DNA from: Paecilomyces variotii
Lineage: Eukaryota
NCBI GenBank assembly: GCA_004022145.1
Contig: RCNU01000001.1
DNA length: 64,000 bases
Direction: 5' to 3' (one strand)
Shown here one piece after another: positions 13,362-25,867 of this stretch. The translations under genes and the position numbers were made by a program. Position 1 is the stretch's first letter; each line of letters starts with the position of its first letter. Below the pieces are notes generated by a model that did not search any database, was not told the origin of the DNA, and worked only from the letters and a program-made list of their open reading frames with translations.

Positions 13362-13920
13362 TTTCGCGAGAAACGATGCAGAAAAGGACTGGAGAAAGGC
13401 CAGAAGAGAGCTTGAACGAGACTCAGAAGTGTCATAAGACGGCTATCAAAAGACCTGGCAGGAGAGCTAAAGACGAGGAGACAAGTCCGTACGTAGCTGG
13501 TTGAAAGAAAGGAACATTCTCTCCCGAAAAGATGAATAGTGTGAAAGAAAGAAAGAAGAGAAAGAATAGTTTTGGAAAAAAATCGTTGTTATACCTACCT
13601 AGGTAGGTATGCTGCTGCTGCTGCTGCTGCCTACACACATCCATATCCATATCAGGTTTGGATCAGTACTTACTTTTATGGTACTTCCGCTAGTTCATTG
13701 TCTGTGTAAACTAAACGCAGAAGAGAAATTGTCTAGCTTATTACACTTCTATGGTTCTTTTTGGAACCATAAGTTGCATTCCCCGTTGTTTTGGTCCATA
13801 GAAAGTAGCTCCACGAGATCCGAAAAATGATTTATATTAGAGATCCAGGCAGACCAACAAAGAGTTCTCCTTTTCGGTCGACTAGAGGAAAGCCATCATG
13901 TAACAGTTTACAATTGACAG

Positions 13921-14022
13921 TTGACAACCAAAGACAGGCCTAGATGGTGCTATCAACCATCGGTGCCTCCGATGTGGCTCGACTGATAGCCTCGATTAAC
14001 GTCGCACGTTCCAGATCCTCGA
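13921..14022. repeat. Copy 2 of the 102-bp duplication (intergenic relic of HNH exon 1)
   Basis: Offset 680 bp from copy 1; 87/102 identical; 14 of 15 differences are transitions. Confidence 0.92.
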
Positions 14023-14605
14023 ATGCAATAAAGAAAAGCCCGCACTTGGGCCAGGCTCTAAAGGAGTGGTAGAGCCGGCCCACCGTGCGCGAGCGGGAGA
14101 AATGAAGACAAGGAGGAAGGGGGCAAATACGCCTTTTTTAACCCCGAGGAGGAGGTTGCGCGAGTTCCCTTCCTACTGTGAATCCGAAAGAAAAGGAGTG
14201 GGTTGGGCGGCCTTCACGGGAGGACTTCACTACATAAATAGGGAATAATAGGAGAACCCAATTAATCTAGAGGATAGGCACTGCTATAGTAGACAGTATA
14301 TCGGGAATAGCGCAAGTAAAAGGCAGTATAAAAGTCGATAAGGATAAATAGAACTCTTGAACACCTTGATGGCTCTTGCCACTCAACCAAAAAGGAGAAC
14401 TCGTTGTTGGCCCGGTCTGAATCCGAGACACCCTAAAAAGCATATTCCATATACCATATCCCTGAACCCTTATTAGGAGGGTGAAGAAGAGCAGTAGGAA
14501 TAGAGGTAGCCCAATATGATGCACCATGTCACGTGGGCAACTCTTCGTCCAGGTCTGCATTTTCTAGGCTGCGGAACATACCATGGACGAGAATAAATAT
14601 GCACA

Positions 14606-16435
14606 ATGAGATACCTCACTCAATCATGTTATCTGTTTGGCATCAACGTGAAAAGACAAAGAGAATTGGATGTCGCCGCTCCCAGAAACCTGCGCTTCTA
14701 CTTAAAACTCGGACGTTCGGCCAGCACTCTTTCACCATCTGAGAATGACGATCACTTTTTCTCCTACACATCTGGCCGATGGCTGTATGAGGAAGAGACT
14801 CAACTGAGGCGCAGATACATCAAATTCGATCTGGAAGGTCTTCGAAAGACTGCTGCCCTAACTCTAGGCTCTCGATGTGTCCACATATCCAAGCTTCCGG
14901 AGGGCCTGTACAACAAGGTCTTTTCTTTAACGATGGAAGGCGGCAAAGAAATCTTGGCGAGGATTCCAAATCCCAATGCTGGTGATCCTGATTATGTGGT
15001 TGAGAGTGAAGTGGCGACCCTTGACTTTGTATGTTCTATAACTGTGTCCTTTCGGTTGCCAGTTGGTTTATATGTGGACGACAGCTCCGTAAGATGATTG
15101 GTGTTCCAGTTCCTAAGCTGCTTGGTTGGAGCGCGCGATCCGGGGTGTCCAACTCTGTTGGTGCTGCCTACATTTTAATGGAGAGGGTCAAAGGTCATCA
15201 ACTGAGCGACGTCTGGGAGACCATGTCAGAATCTCAACGTTTTGGCCTTGTGAAGAGCTTGGTGGAGATTGAGAGAAGGCTAGCAAGCATCAGATTTACG
15301 AACTATGGTAGCTTGTACTACGATGGCACGAGATCGAGGAGTTTAAATGTCGTTGACTCAGTCGAACAATCAGTTGACGTGCCTGATACCATGTCGAAGT
15401 TTGTCATTGGTCCGACAACTGAGAGGTCATTTTGGGTTGACGAACGAGGAGAGCTAGATATCGACCGCGGACCATGTGAGTATTATGACGACCCAACGTT
15501 TGACTTGTTTTATATGTTTTATCATTCCTCAATATATGCTAATCGTCACTATAGGGACATCATTCGAAGAATATATTTCAGCCGTCGTACGCCGTGAGAT
15601 GTCATTAATCCGAAAACTAAGTTCGCAACGACAGAGTCGTCACCCTGGATTTCTAGGCAGCGCAGGTACATCACCGGAAGATCATATACGACTTCTGCAG
15701 CAGTTTCTGGCCGTTCTCCCTCATATTCTACCCCCGGCTGAAATTACTAGACCCGTCTTGCTTCATCAAGACTTGCATGGAGACAATATATTCGTCCACG
15801 AAGACGACCCAACAAAGATATCAAGTATCATTGATTGGCAAGCGTCGTATGCAGCGCCACTTTTCCTACAGGCCAAATTTGCGTCTATAGTTGACTGTGA
15901 CGATCCTTACCCGTGGGGTGCGGTGCAGCCGGAGCTTCCTCAAGATTTCGACTATCTCCCAGAGTCGGAGAAAGTGTTAGCTAAGGCAGCGTTCCACAGA
16001 CTTAGATTGAAGAAGTTCTACGAACTGGCTTCAAGGAAATTCAATCCAACGCTCATTAGAGCAATGGACGCAATAAGGGACGATGGCGATCCCACAAATT
16101 TCATCTTTCACCTTATTGGGCAAACGGCAACTGATGGACCGATCCCTTTGAAGGAACTTCTTATCCAGATATTTGAAAAATGGGACCAAATCACCGAGAA
16201 AAGCGGATCTAAGGTGGCATGTCCTATTTCGTTTGCTCAAGAAGAAATCAGCAACGCACGGGATCAAGCGCAAGCGTGGGCGGATGCCTTTAATGAGTTC
16301 GAGGCCTTGCGATCTGATATTGCGGGGAAAGATGGATGGGTCTCTCACAAAGAGTACGAGGAGGCTATGGCCAGATTTGAGGCTCACAGGGGTGCTCTGG
16401 AAACTCTACAAAGGCGTCTCGAGGAAGTATCTTGA
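14606..16435 (+). CDS. APH/choline-kinase-like phosphotransferase (Aim9-like family); introns 15029-15084, 15476-15554
   Basis: FFSYTSGRWLY, EGLYNKVF, ILARIPNP, SEVATLDF, VPVPKLLGW, YILMERVKG, YGSLYY, DRGPW, catalytic LLHQDLHGDNIFV and IIDWQ. Start codon is uncertain. Confidence 0.87.
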
Positions 16436-16819
16436 AGGCTATATATCAAATTTCTTGTTAGGATATGAGAAGTCAAGATAGGAGACAGCATCCCCAACTA
16501 CGGTACAGCAACCAAACAACTCTATATAAAAAGGCTTGCGCATAATTTTATCCATCCGCTTATTGTACCTGGAATATATAGTTCTTTTGGTGAAACGAAA
16601 ATCGGTATTAGCCCTTACTCCTGCCAGAAATAACTGCCATTCTTTTAGTACAGTGTTTGTTTACAAGATCGTGCCTTCCCCATATCAGAGCAACCTGGGT
16701 AGCACATAGAACCGAAACCATACAGAATACACACCGAAGTAATTTAGTCACGAAACCCACATTATATCGTTATTATCTTTATCGCAGGCTCTATACCGAC
16801 TTTGCCTACGTCGAAGACA

Positions 16820-18711
16820 ATGATGGCTGATTCAGCTCGTCCTAAAGCTTTAGTGGCTGAAAAGCTCTCCACTGAAGGACTCGCTCTTCTACGCGAAACA
16901 CTGGAAGTCCATGAGCGCCATAAACTGTCCCCAGAGCAGCTACTGGCGATTATCCCCCATTATGATGCATTGCTGGTTAGATCAGAGACGAAGGTGACGG
17001 CTGGTCTGCTACGAGCCGCAAAGAAACTCAAGGTTGTTGCCAGGGCGGGAGTAGGCGTGGATAATATTGGTTTGTGAGATAAGCTGCCATATACGATTTG
17101 ATACTGATATAGTATTATATTGGCAGATGTTGAAGAGGCCTCGAAACTTGGTATCGTCGTGGTCAATTCGCCCTCCGGTAATGTCGAAGCAGCAGCAGAG
17201 CATACAATTGCTCTAATGCTCTCCCTGGCGAGAAATATCCCACTTGCTTGCAGTGGCCTGAAAGCTGGACAGTGGGAAAGGAGCAATCTAGTTGGTGTAG
17301 AGGTCAAGGGGAAGACACTGGGAGTCATAGGTCTCGGGAAAGGTAGTGCTGTTTCTAGCTCCCCCCTTACGAATCGGTATTATCTAATGCATATATAGTT
17401 GGCCTGACTGTTGCAAAGCTGGCGAAAGGTTTGGGGATGATCGTGGTGTCACTCGACCCATATTCTCCGCCAGCCGTGGCAGCTTCTGCCTCGGTAGCAC
17501 TGGTGTCTTCGCTATCGGAGCTACTCCCGGTAGTAGACTTCTTGACCATACACACGCCTTTGATTTCATCAACAAGGAACATGATATCGGCATGTGAGAT
17601 AGCCCAGATGAAGCCTGGATCACGAATTCTAAACGTTGCCCGGGGCGGAACCGTTGATGAGGTGGCTCTATTAGCGGCTCTGGAGTCTGGACATCTGGCT
17701 GGCGCTGCTGTCGACGTCTTTACTTCAGAACCTCCTGAACCACACTCCAGTGCTGCAAAGTTGATATCTCATCCGCGCGTAGTAGCCACTCCCCATCTGG
17801 GCGCATCAACCATGGAAGCTCAAGAGAGCGTCTCGATCGATGTGTGCGAACAGGTCCTACAGATTCTCAAAGGATCTCTACCTCGGAGCGCAGTGAATAC
17901 CCCGTTGATCCTCCCAGAGGAATATAGCAAACTGCAGCCTTTTGTGTATCTTGTTGAGAAAATGGGTAGTCTCTATACACAACACTTTGCCTCTGCCAAC
18001 AATGGACCCATGCAGAGGAGTACATTCGACCTGATTTACCAAGGAGAGCTGGCCAACATCAGTAACACGAAGCCTCTGTTTGCAGCCCTGATGAAAGGAC
18101 TCATTTCACCGATCAGCAGCTGCGCGGGTCTTAATATCAACATAGTTAATGCGGAGCTAATAGCCCGCGAGCGCCACATCATCGTCAATGAGCAGCATTC
18201 GCGTGACACGTCTTTCCAACCATATTCGTCGCTTGTAACATTGATAGCACGGCCTCCCCCATTAACATCGCCACACAGCACAGATGAAGCCAAGCAGCAA
18301 TATCAGATCATCTCCGGTACCTGTTCCGGATGCCAGCCGATTATCAATCGTCTCGGTCGCTTTGCCACATCCTTCGTGCCGGAAGGGACGCTGATTATAT
18401 GCAGAAATTACGATTCTCCAGGTAAGATCGGAGTCGTAGGTAGTATCCTTGGCAGGGAAGGGATCAATATCAATTTTATGGCCGTTGCTCCGATTTCTAA
18501 GAAACCACTTGACACCCTGGGTGGGCAGATTATTTCTGCAATTGAGAATGACAGTAAATATAAAACTGTTCCGGAAGAGGATAGGCAAGATTCAGAAGCT
18601 GCAAAGGACGCATTGATGATCCTCAGTGTTGATCGCCTCGTTAGTGAACATGTTGCTGAGGCATTAGTTCGCGAGGGAGGAGTGTTGGACGTCAGTGTTG
18701 TTACGCTTTAA
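16820..18711 (+). CDS. D-3-phosphoglycerate dehydrogenase, long type with ASB-like and ACT C-terminal domains; introns 17070-17126, 17343-17398
   Basis: ALLVRSETKVT, ARAGVGVDNID, AAEHTIAL, GKTLGVIGLGKVG, IHTPL, NVARGG, AAVDVF..EP, TPHLGASTMEAQ, and C-terminal NYDSPGKIGVVGSILGREGININFM (ACT). Confidence 0.92.
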
Positions 18712-19090
18712 TTGTCATGGTCGTCATGAACGACGGAAGGATATGAATTGAGCAAATGCTGAATAGCGCCATCTTTCCGTTCCATATGACCTTTTCTGAC
18801 AGTAGTCATCGCCCAAAGTTGAGTAAACCTCAAATCTCTCCTAATGCATAGGCAATGAAAATCGTAAGAAGTGACAATGAAATGGTATAACGAAGCCCAC
18901 GATAGTAGCTCAACATAAGATAAAACATATAGCAAGGAATTCATCGCATTAAAACCGGTGCCATGTCGTCCGTCCCCAAATGACGTAACGTGGCCTATCG
19001 TACGTACTCTTCGATCGAAAATCGAGAGATGTGACAAAAGCACCGCTATCTATAAAATTCGTAACAGAAAGGTAAGACGAAATCCAGTCA

Positions 19091-22000
19091 TTAAGTTCCA
19101 TCAAACGAGGACCTCCCAAACGCGGCATTGGGCGAGTCCCACCAAGGCTCTATGTCTGCGAGACTAGGAAGCGGTGGGGTGGTATCAAAGGTGGCTTGCT
19201 GTTGATACAATCCTTCACTAAGGTCATCAGAAAGGACGCGGAGGTCACTGTTTCGTAACCATTCCATGTCAACGCTGTCGGGTGGGAGAGTTTGTTGTTG
19301 AGGCTGAGGCTGGGATGGGGGTTGCTGATGTCTGGGAAGGGCGCCAGCAGACGCAACGGGAACGGTAGAGGACGACGGTATAGCGGCTTCCTGGTTCGCG
19401 TTGGATACACTGCTTCGAAACCTTTTCCTCGATTCTGACGGATCAGCCTCCTGGCTCACAGTACTAGGGCCTGTCTTTATCTGCGGTCCCATCTGAGATG
19501 AACTCAGCAAACGCTTAGCTGCTGAGCCGGACTTGCGCATGCGGTTCTGCCACCTGCGCTGCAAGCTGACCAAGAAGTCTCTTGTTCGCTTTGCATTATC
19601 AAATGACTGCCCCAGTTCGTCTAGCGCGCGGAAGCATACGTTCAAGTGTGCGACCATTTCAGGTTTACTGATGCCACTTGTCCGGCCAGGACTTTGCGCA
19701 GAAGTCGAGATTGTGACAAATATAAGCATTAGGGCAGCGGTGAATATGATGGCTACCACTTGGTTGTTGATACGACGGAAGGTGTAGTACTTCTCATATA
19801 GGCGAAGTAACTTGGCAACAGCCGTGGCTGACTCAATGCACATTCTTCGAGCGTGGAGGTAGCCAGGACCCTGACGCGGGTTGGACGGCTGAATGTAGCT
19901 CTTCGAGACCCATGGACGGTGGAAGAAGATGACTATCTGATGATATTGCATGTGTAACATCAGGAGATGTGGTAACTGCGGAGCCGTATCATTGTCGAGA
20001 TCGATCTGAAGCTCTGAAGGTAGATTTCGCTTCCATGCGAAAAGGTCTTCGGTGACTTTGTAGTTCAATCTTTGCAGGTCATGCTTTGGGATATTTGCAC
20101 AGCCGTAGAGAATATGGCCCACTGGGGATATCATCTCCCACAGGAGCACGAACTGTCTGGTAATTAAGTCTGTTGGACTCCTCAGACCGACCTTCGTCAG
20201 ATTGGAGGAATCTGAAGCCCCGTAAGGATACCAGGTTTCAACCCTCATCTTACTAGGGTGCGAAGCCGGTCTCGGTACTGTAATATCTCCAGCGTTCATG
20301 CGGAAGGGTCGTCCCAAGTAGAAGCCCCAGAAATGATCTGCGATATAGCTACCCCAGAAAGCCATGCCACGAACTTCTGCATCGCGCTCGCTGAGGTCTC
20401 CCTTCTTAACATATGGTGACATGTCGATGTGCAAACCGAGGTCGAATGCGAGCCTCATTGACATTCCGCTATACAGCCAACCACGAGCGTCACGGTTAGA
20501 AGCTGCTTCGTGACTACTGAGAATGGCCAGCGCCTGAACAGTCGCAACGCATGGGGAGTCCAGCTCGATTTCAAGCAGAGTCTTGGCGCGATCAGCAAAG
20601 AATTCCGAAAGTGATTTCGGGAACGTGATGAATGTTGGATGATAGCGCGCCTCGAATGCGCTTCCTAGAGCACACCTGCACGTTTGTCAGCTTGCTTGCC
20701 GGTCAAGAGAAGTAACACCTCATCCTACATTGCATTCGTTAAGACCTCAGAATAGAAGGGCGTATCGTCGTATTCATTCCTCCATTTTGATCTCGCCTCC
20801 AAAAACACTTCACGATCCACTACATGAGAGCTAGTATTCTGCCAGGCAAAGTAGAGCTCAACAAAATGGTCTTCCAGGGCTTGATCGACTGCCTGCCCGA
20901 TCCGCAGGTGGTTTAAAATCTCCTGGCCATCTTGTCGGACAGTCCGGGTGTCCGGCCGCGGTCTCTGCTCGGTGGGAGACACATCAATAAGGTTGAGATT
21001 CGAAGTCGGCCCGTAGTATCGCAGATGTCCATCTCCCGCTATTTTCAGAGTTCCCAGTCGAGAAGAGAGCTGCTCAATGACCTCATTTTCTGCCTCATCC
21101 CCACTATCCGTCTCGGAGAAAGGATCAGTCTGGCCTTGTCCGAGTGCAGATCCAGACAGCTGCGGTAACTCCTGGCCCAAAGGCAGACTTTCCGGACTCG
21201 TCACTCCACTTGTGTCTGCGGATCCACTGCTTGCTCGATCAATGTTTGCGTATATACTATCTAGACTCTCCGCGTTCGGGAGCGCAAAGTTCCAATTCGA
21301 GGTACCCAATTGCGATTCGAATCCACCAATCATCCCCAGGCCAGAACCTCTCCCACTTGTCGCTGGAAGAGTAAGCTTGTTCGAGGTAGGGGCGACAGAA
21401 GACGGTTGGGAATCCATGCCACCCACACGTGGCACGATCGGCAGTGTATTATTTGAAAGATTTGAAGATAAAGGGAAGGCACTAGACAATGTGTCGGTAG
21501 CATCCGTAGGCTTTGAACTACCCCGACGTTTCTGCGCCTGGCCCCGAGGAATTTGAAGGGTGTCTAGAACCCTGTTCATTGCTGCTTCGTCCTCGGGCTT
21601 CATGGGGGGAGGTTCTAGCCCTTTATCATAGATATATTGGCAGAGTTCATCGATCCTCATGGAGAACAACTCTGTTGCAGCGCGAAGTGACACTCTGAGG
21701 GAACGGTCAGCAACGATGACCTACAGAACGAGATATCTCCAATCAGAGACTGCATGGATACTGGGTGATGGAGACTCTGTTCAATGCGGCTCCTGATTGT
21801 GCCACCCACACAACCAGAACCCCGCGCAGATAGGAAGAGGAACTTGGACAGAGACCTACTTCCGCTTATCGTCTCCATGCTGGTATCTGCACTCTTTCCC
21901 TTTCTTCTGGCAGTTATGGCAATTGGGTGCGGCCCCATCACACTGGGACTCATCAGTCGCTGCACCATTTCCCCGTTCGAGATCCGTCATACCCTTATCT

Positions 22001-22094
22001 TGCTCTCCCTGCAGGGCACGCAAGCAGTCGTGACATGCTTGCGAGGCGCCTTTTTGGGCCGTTCTGACTCCTGCTGCATGGTGTCACCAGCCAT
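19091..22094 (-). CDS. Zn(II)2Cys6 transcription factor with Fungal_trans domain; introns 21943-21992, 21695-21859, 20676-20728
   Basis: HVTTACVPCRESKIR|CDGAAPNCHNCQKKGKECRY; LRYYGPTSNL; VQALAILS..E.....GWLYSGMSMRLAFDLGLH; FWGSYIADHFWGFYLGRP. Confidence 0.9.
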
Positions 22095-22802
22095 AGAAGC
22101 TCAGGCAATCCTTGCGAGTAGTCTCCAGATGAGGGTATATCGCGAAGACATTCAGGACTTCCTAGCTAACCCATATCACGCGCAGGATTCGCTATCGACA
22201 TGTTCGATCATAATTTTGCCGTGGTGCGAAGAGCGCAAGTTCGATGCGTCCTTTGAAGGCGGTCCGGGGAAGACACTGACCCACCACACGATTCGCCTAT
22301 GTCAATTCAATTTCAACCCAACCGCCGCCCAGGTCGACTATGTCGACTAGTAATGGGATGCGACGAGGAAAATATCTGCATACGTATATATATTAAAAAA
22401 AAAATCGCGGCAGCGAGGTCATGTGCAAGAATAGCTCGAGCTAGCACTGCTGTCTCGCAAGCTGTTGCTCTGAGCTCCCCCGCACGAACGACGGCCGGAG
22501 TAAAACCGAGATCCGCCGAAAACAGCACCGATTGGGAAATGACATACCCGACCGCTCTAGATCGGAGAAGAGCCTCTAGAATCTAGATCGATGGGCAGCT
22601 TTCACAAGACCTTACGATAATTATAGATCATTGTCTAATAACAATACGAGGGCGGGTCGTTATTCTGCTCACTAGGTAGCTCAGCCGAGGGCGCCTACGA
22701 CACTTTTTGAACTTGCAAGACACAATGAAAGATTCCAAAACATTACCACATTGCTTTCTGAGTTAAAGCGATTACATATTAAGGATTTGAAGACTTTATG
22801 GT

Positions 22803-23973
22803 TTACCAGTTGCTGGTACGCTTGAGAGTCTCGTTCTGGATCACCTCAATCCAGTATCCATCAGGGTCCAGTATGAAAGCCACGTTCTTCATGCGGCCAT
22901 CCGTGAGACGCTTCTTCCAGTTGACGTTTAGAGATTCAAAACGAGCACAGGCAGCATCAAGGTCATCGACAGAAATACCTACAGAGAGCCATGGTTAGAT
23001 AATGATCATACGACCACTTGCTGTTGTGTGTCTGCACTTACAAATATGTCCAAAGCCCTGGGGCTCCGCGTTTCCATCATGGTAGACCTTGCCTTCCTGC
23101 TTCTCTGTTCCGTAGTTCCAGGTGAGCTCGAGCAATCCCTCCCACTCAGCAACAGGGTTCTTAGCGTCCTCCTTGATGGCTGGGTTCGACGCGGGATATG
23201 CGAGGAAGTAGAGATTGAATCCAGCATCCTTGTTCTCAAAAGTGCGGACGAGGGTCATTCCCATGACTTCCTGGTAGAACTTCAAGCTGGTCTCAGCAGA
23301 CTTCACTCGGAGCATAGTGTGGTTCAGTCTGTAGCTGGCCGGATCCGTTCCAGAACCGACGTCCTCATCATGCCGACGGATAACCTCGACCCAGTATCCG
23401 TCAGGGTCCTTCACAAAGGCAATGTTCTTCATGCGGCCATCGGTAAGCTTCTTCTGGAAGGCATAGCCGGCATCCTCGAGCCTCTTGCATGCAGCCTCAA
23501 TGTTGTCCACCGAAACAGCAAGGTGTCCAAATCCCCGGTACGGTTCAGTGTTTCCGTTGACGATGCTGTAGTTAGGGTCGTTCTCGGTACCGTAGTTGTG
23601 GGTGAGTTCCAGAACGCCGTTGCGATCAGTCCAGTGACGATCACCCTGGAGGGAAGCAGGTCCATCGTAGGCAAGGAAATACAGGGAGAACTTGTTCTCA
23701 GGGAAGTCCAGCTGGCGAATTTGGTTCAGCCCGAGGAACTTGTAGAACTCAACTGATCACCATCAGTATCCATGTACACTAGAAGAATAATGCATATAAG
23801 GAATGTATATAATAGAGTGAACGTACCAGACCTCTTCGGGTCCTTCACCCGAAGCATAGTATCTGTCGAGACCCATTGTTAGCCAAGACTTGGACTAGCA
23901 TGTAAGGCTGCTTGGCAGGCGAGATGAACGCACGATTGAGCTTATATTTAGCAGTCTCCGTCGTAGTCGCCAT
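22803..23973 (-). CDS. GLO1: Glyoxalase I (lactoylglutathione lyase), monomeric two-repeat fungal type; introns 23863-23933, 23753-23826, 22979-23041
   Basis: YKLNHTMLRVKDPKRSVEFY, LELTHNYGTE, GFGHLA, AFVKDPDGYWVE; second repeat YRLNHTMLRVK..LELTWNYGTE..GFGHIC..DPDGYWIE. Confidence 0.95.
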
Positions 23974-24723
23974 GGTTGCGAGGGTTCTTAGTGGTCCTGC
24001 GTCGATTTGTCAGTATGTCATGTGCGGGGAAGCTTGCTGGTTCCAGCAGCGTACCTTGAGGGAATCTGAGGCACGGAACAGGGACCTTGTGGAAAAGTCT
24101 GGTAGGATTAAATACCCTGTGGCAGGCGAACATGAAGGAGGGGCGAGGAGATGGCAGTTCACAGAGCGTGGGACAGAAGAAAGATATGGAAGGTTGTTTG
24201 AGCAGAAACGCTACTTGGATGCCCCTCAAACACCTCCAACTCCAAGTGGGGTCGCTTAAATCCGATGACGCTATTCCCGCCGGCGGAAAATAATAAACAT
24301 GAACGAGCTGCCTTTTTTGCAACTGCTCGACTGCCGAACTTGCTCCAGGGAGGGAAGGGTTGGTTTTTCCACACTCATCTTCATCGGAAGTATGTCGTAC
24401 ATCAATGTCTCCTTGGTCCACTGGTTTCCCAAAAGCTGCGATTATCGTCTTGATCGGCACATTGGAGGTTCATCCGATGCTGATTATAAATCACCTAGAA
24501 CTTGTTAGTTATGAGCATTCCGCGCATCATGACAGGCCAGATAAACTAGTTAAGATATTATTATTATATCCCCGGGCTATCACCGACAGCGGATCGGCCG
24601 AATAAGGCCAGGACTATTAATCTCTGGAACAAACATTGTTGTGCTGGCTTCTCCACTTGACACATGTATACAGATAATTAGAGCATTCAAATGTTGAGGT
24701 ATCACAGTCATCATTGGTATGAA

Positions 24724-24726
<3 letters not shown>

Positions 24727-24759
<33 letters not shown>
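24727..24759. repeat. T33 homopolymer in the divergent GLO1 / roadblock intergenic region
   Basis: 33 consecutive T. Confidence 0.95.
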
Positions 24760-24760
<1 letters not shown>

Positions 24761-25867
24761 AGGCATTGCACAACGTGAGAGGCGCTTGAGGGCAGGAGCC
24801 CTAGCAGTCAAGAAACAGTGATGCTACCCCCATGCTGGTCCAAAAGTATTATGGGGAGAGTCTTGGTCTACATAAAGTCCTGCCCGTACAGATCTCGGAG
24901 GGTAATATGTGCCATGCCTCATGACCTGCTGTGTAAAAGAGTCTCGAGGCAATTTATTATTGATCACTTGTCCAAGTGAGAAACATCGATCAGTAGGCGC
25001 CAAGAGCTTCGAATGGCATCACTTCCGTTTTTGGTATAGTAACGTAGCTCACGGAATATGGTAAGCTGTCTCTGACTGTCTCATAGATGCTCAAAACGAC
25101 AAATAAGCCTTGACGAAACGCGGTAAAGTCGCATGGAGAGACACGATGTGGCATGTCTGCGGCGGGCCGTGGTTGGGTGCAAGGCGACAAGACAAGCCCG
25201 TTCGAACTTCGGACCGTCCTACCGCCCGCCTAAGTTACTACACTACTTACACTTCTAGATCGCGCCCTCACATACGTCTCCGTTATTCGGCTGAGATTCG
25301 TACTGTGCAGTCCAGACAAGGCAATCTCGAGTGCCGTGAAGTCGATCTCCCCACGCGGGCCGTCAGGTGGATCCATAACGTGAACCTGGTAGGTTTTCTC
25401 TCGTAGGCCTCGTATTGCTTTTCAGGCCGCGGATCCGTCCTCCTTTCTGCTGTTTGGCGATACTCTGCCATTGTGCATTCCTCCCACGCGTCTAGCCAAC
25501 ATCAACCCTCTATTTGCCCATGGCTGCCCCGATAGGGCTCATCCCTGAGACCCCCGGCCCTCTCTGTTGCGACAGGAATGGAATTGTCAAACAGACCTTG
25601 TCCGCTCTGGGAACATAGGTAGGTCCTGTCCCAGTGAACCTAGAGTTTTGCGGGGAAGGATCTATTCCTATAGCAGTACTGTACCACCCAAATCAATGGC
25701 CCCAGGCATCAGTTGTCTGAATTTAATGGCTCCTTTTTTTTTCTTTTTTTTCCCCCTAAGATATTTGACACTGTCGTTATGCTGCATATTTCATCATCCT
25801 GTTGGCATCAATCAACATCTTACCTTGACTCCAATATCCCCAGTTTGATACACCCGTCTACTGCATT

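Noticed and set aside
14267..14560. 97-aa minus-strand hydrophobic ORF in the HNH/kinase spacer
   Set aside because: No family motif; it may be decayed sequence but cannot be supported as a gene.
21784..22350. 188-aa plus-strand ORF
   Set aside because: Antisense shadow of the Zn2Cys6 gene's first exons; no motif.
23028..23756. 242-aa plus-strand ORF
   Set aside because: Antisense shadow of codon-biased glyoxalase I.
24580..24811. Poly-Lys ORFs
   Set aside because: Artefacts of translating the T33 tract on the minus strand.
25283..25471. 62-aa minus-strand ATG ORF in good start context
   Set aside because: No motif or convincing downstream exon; more likely promoter or leader sequence.
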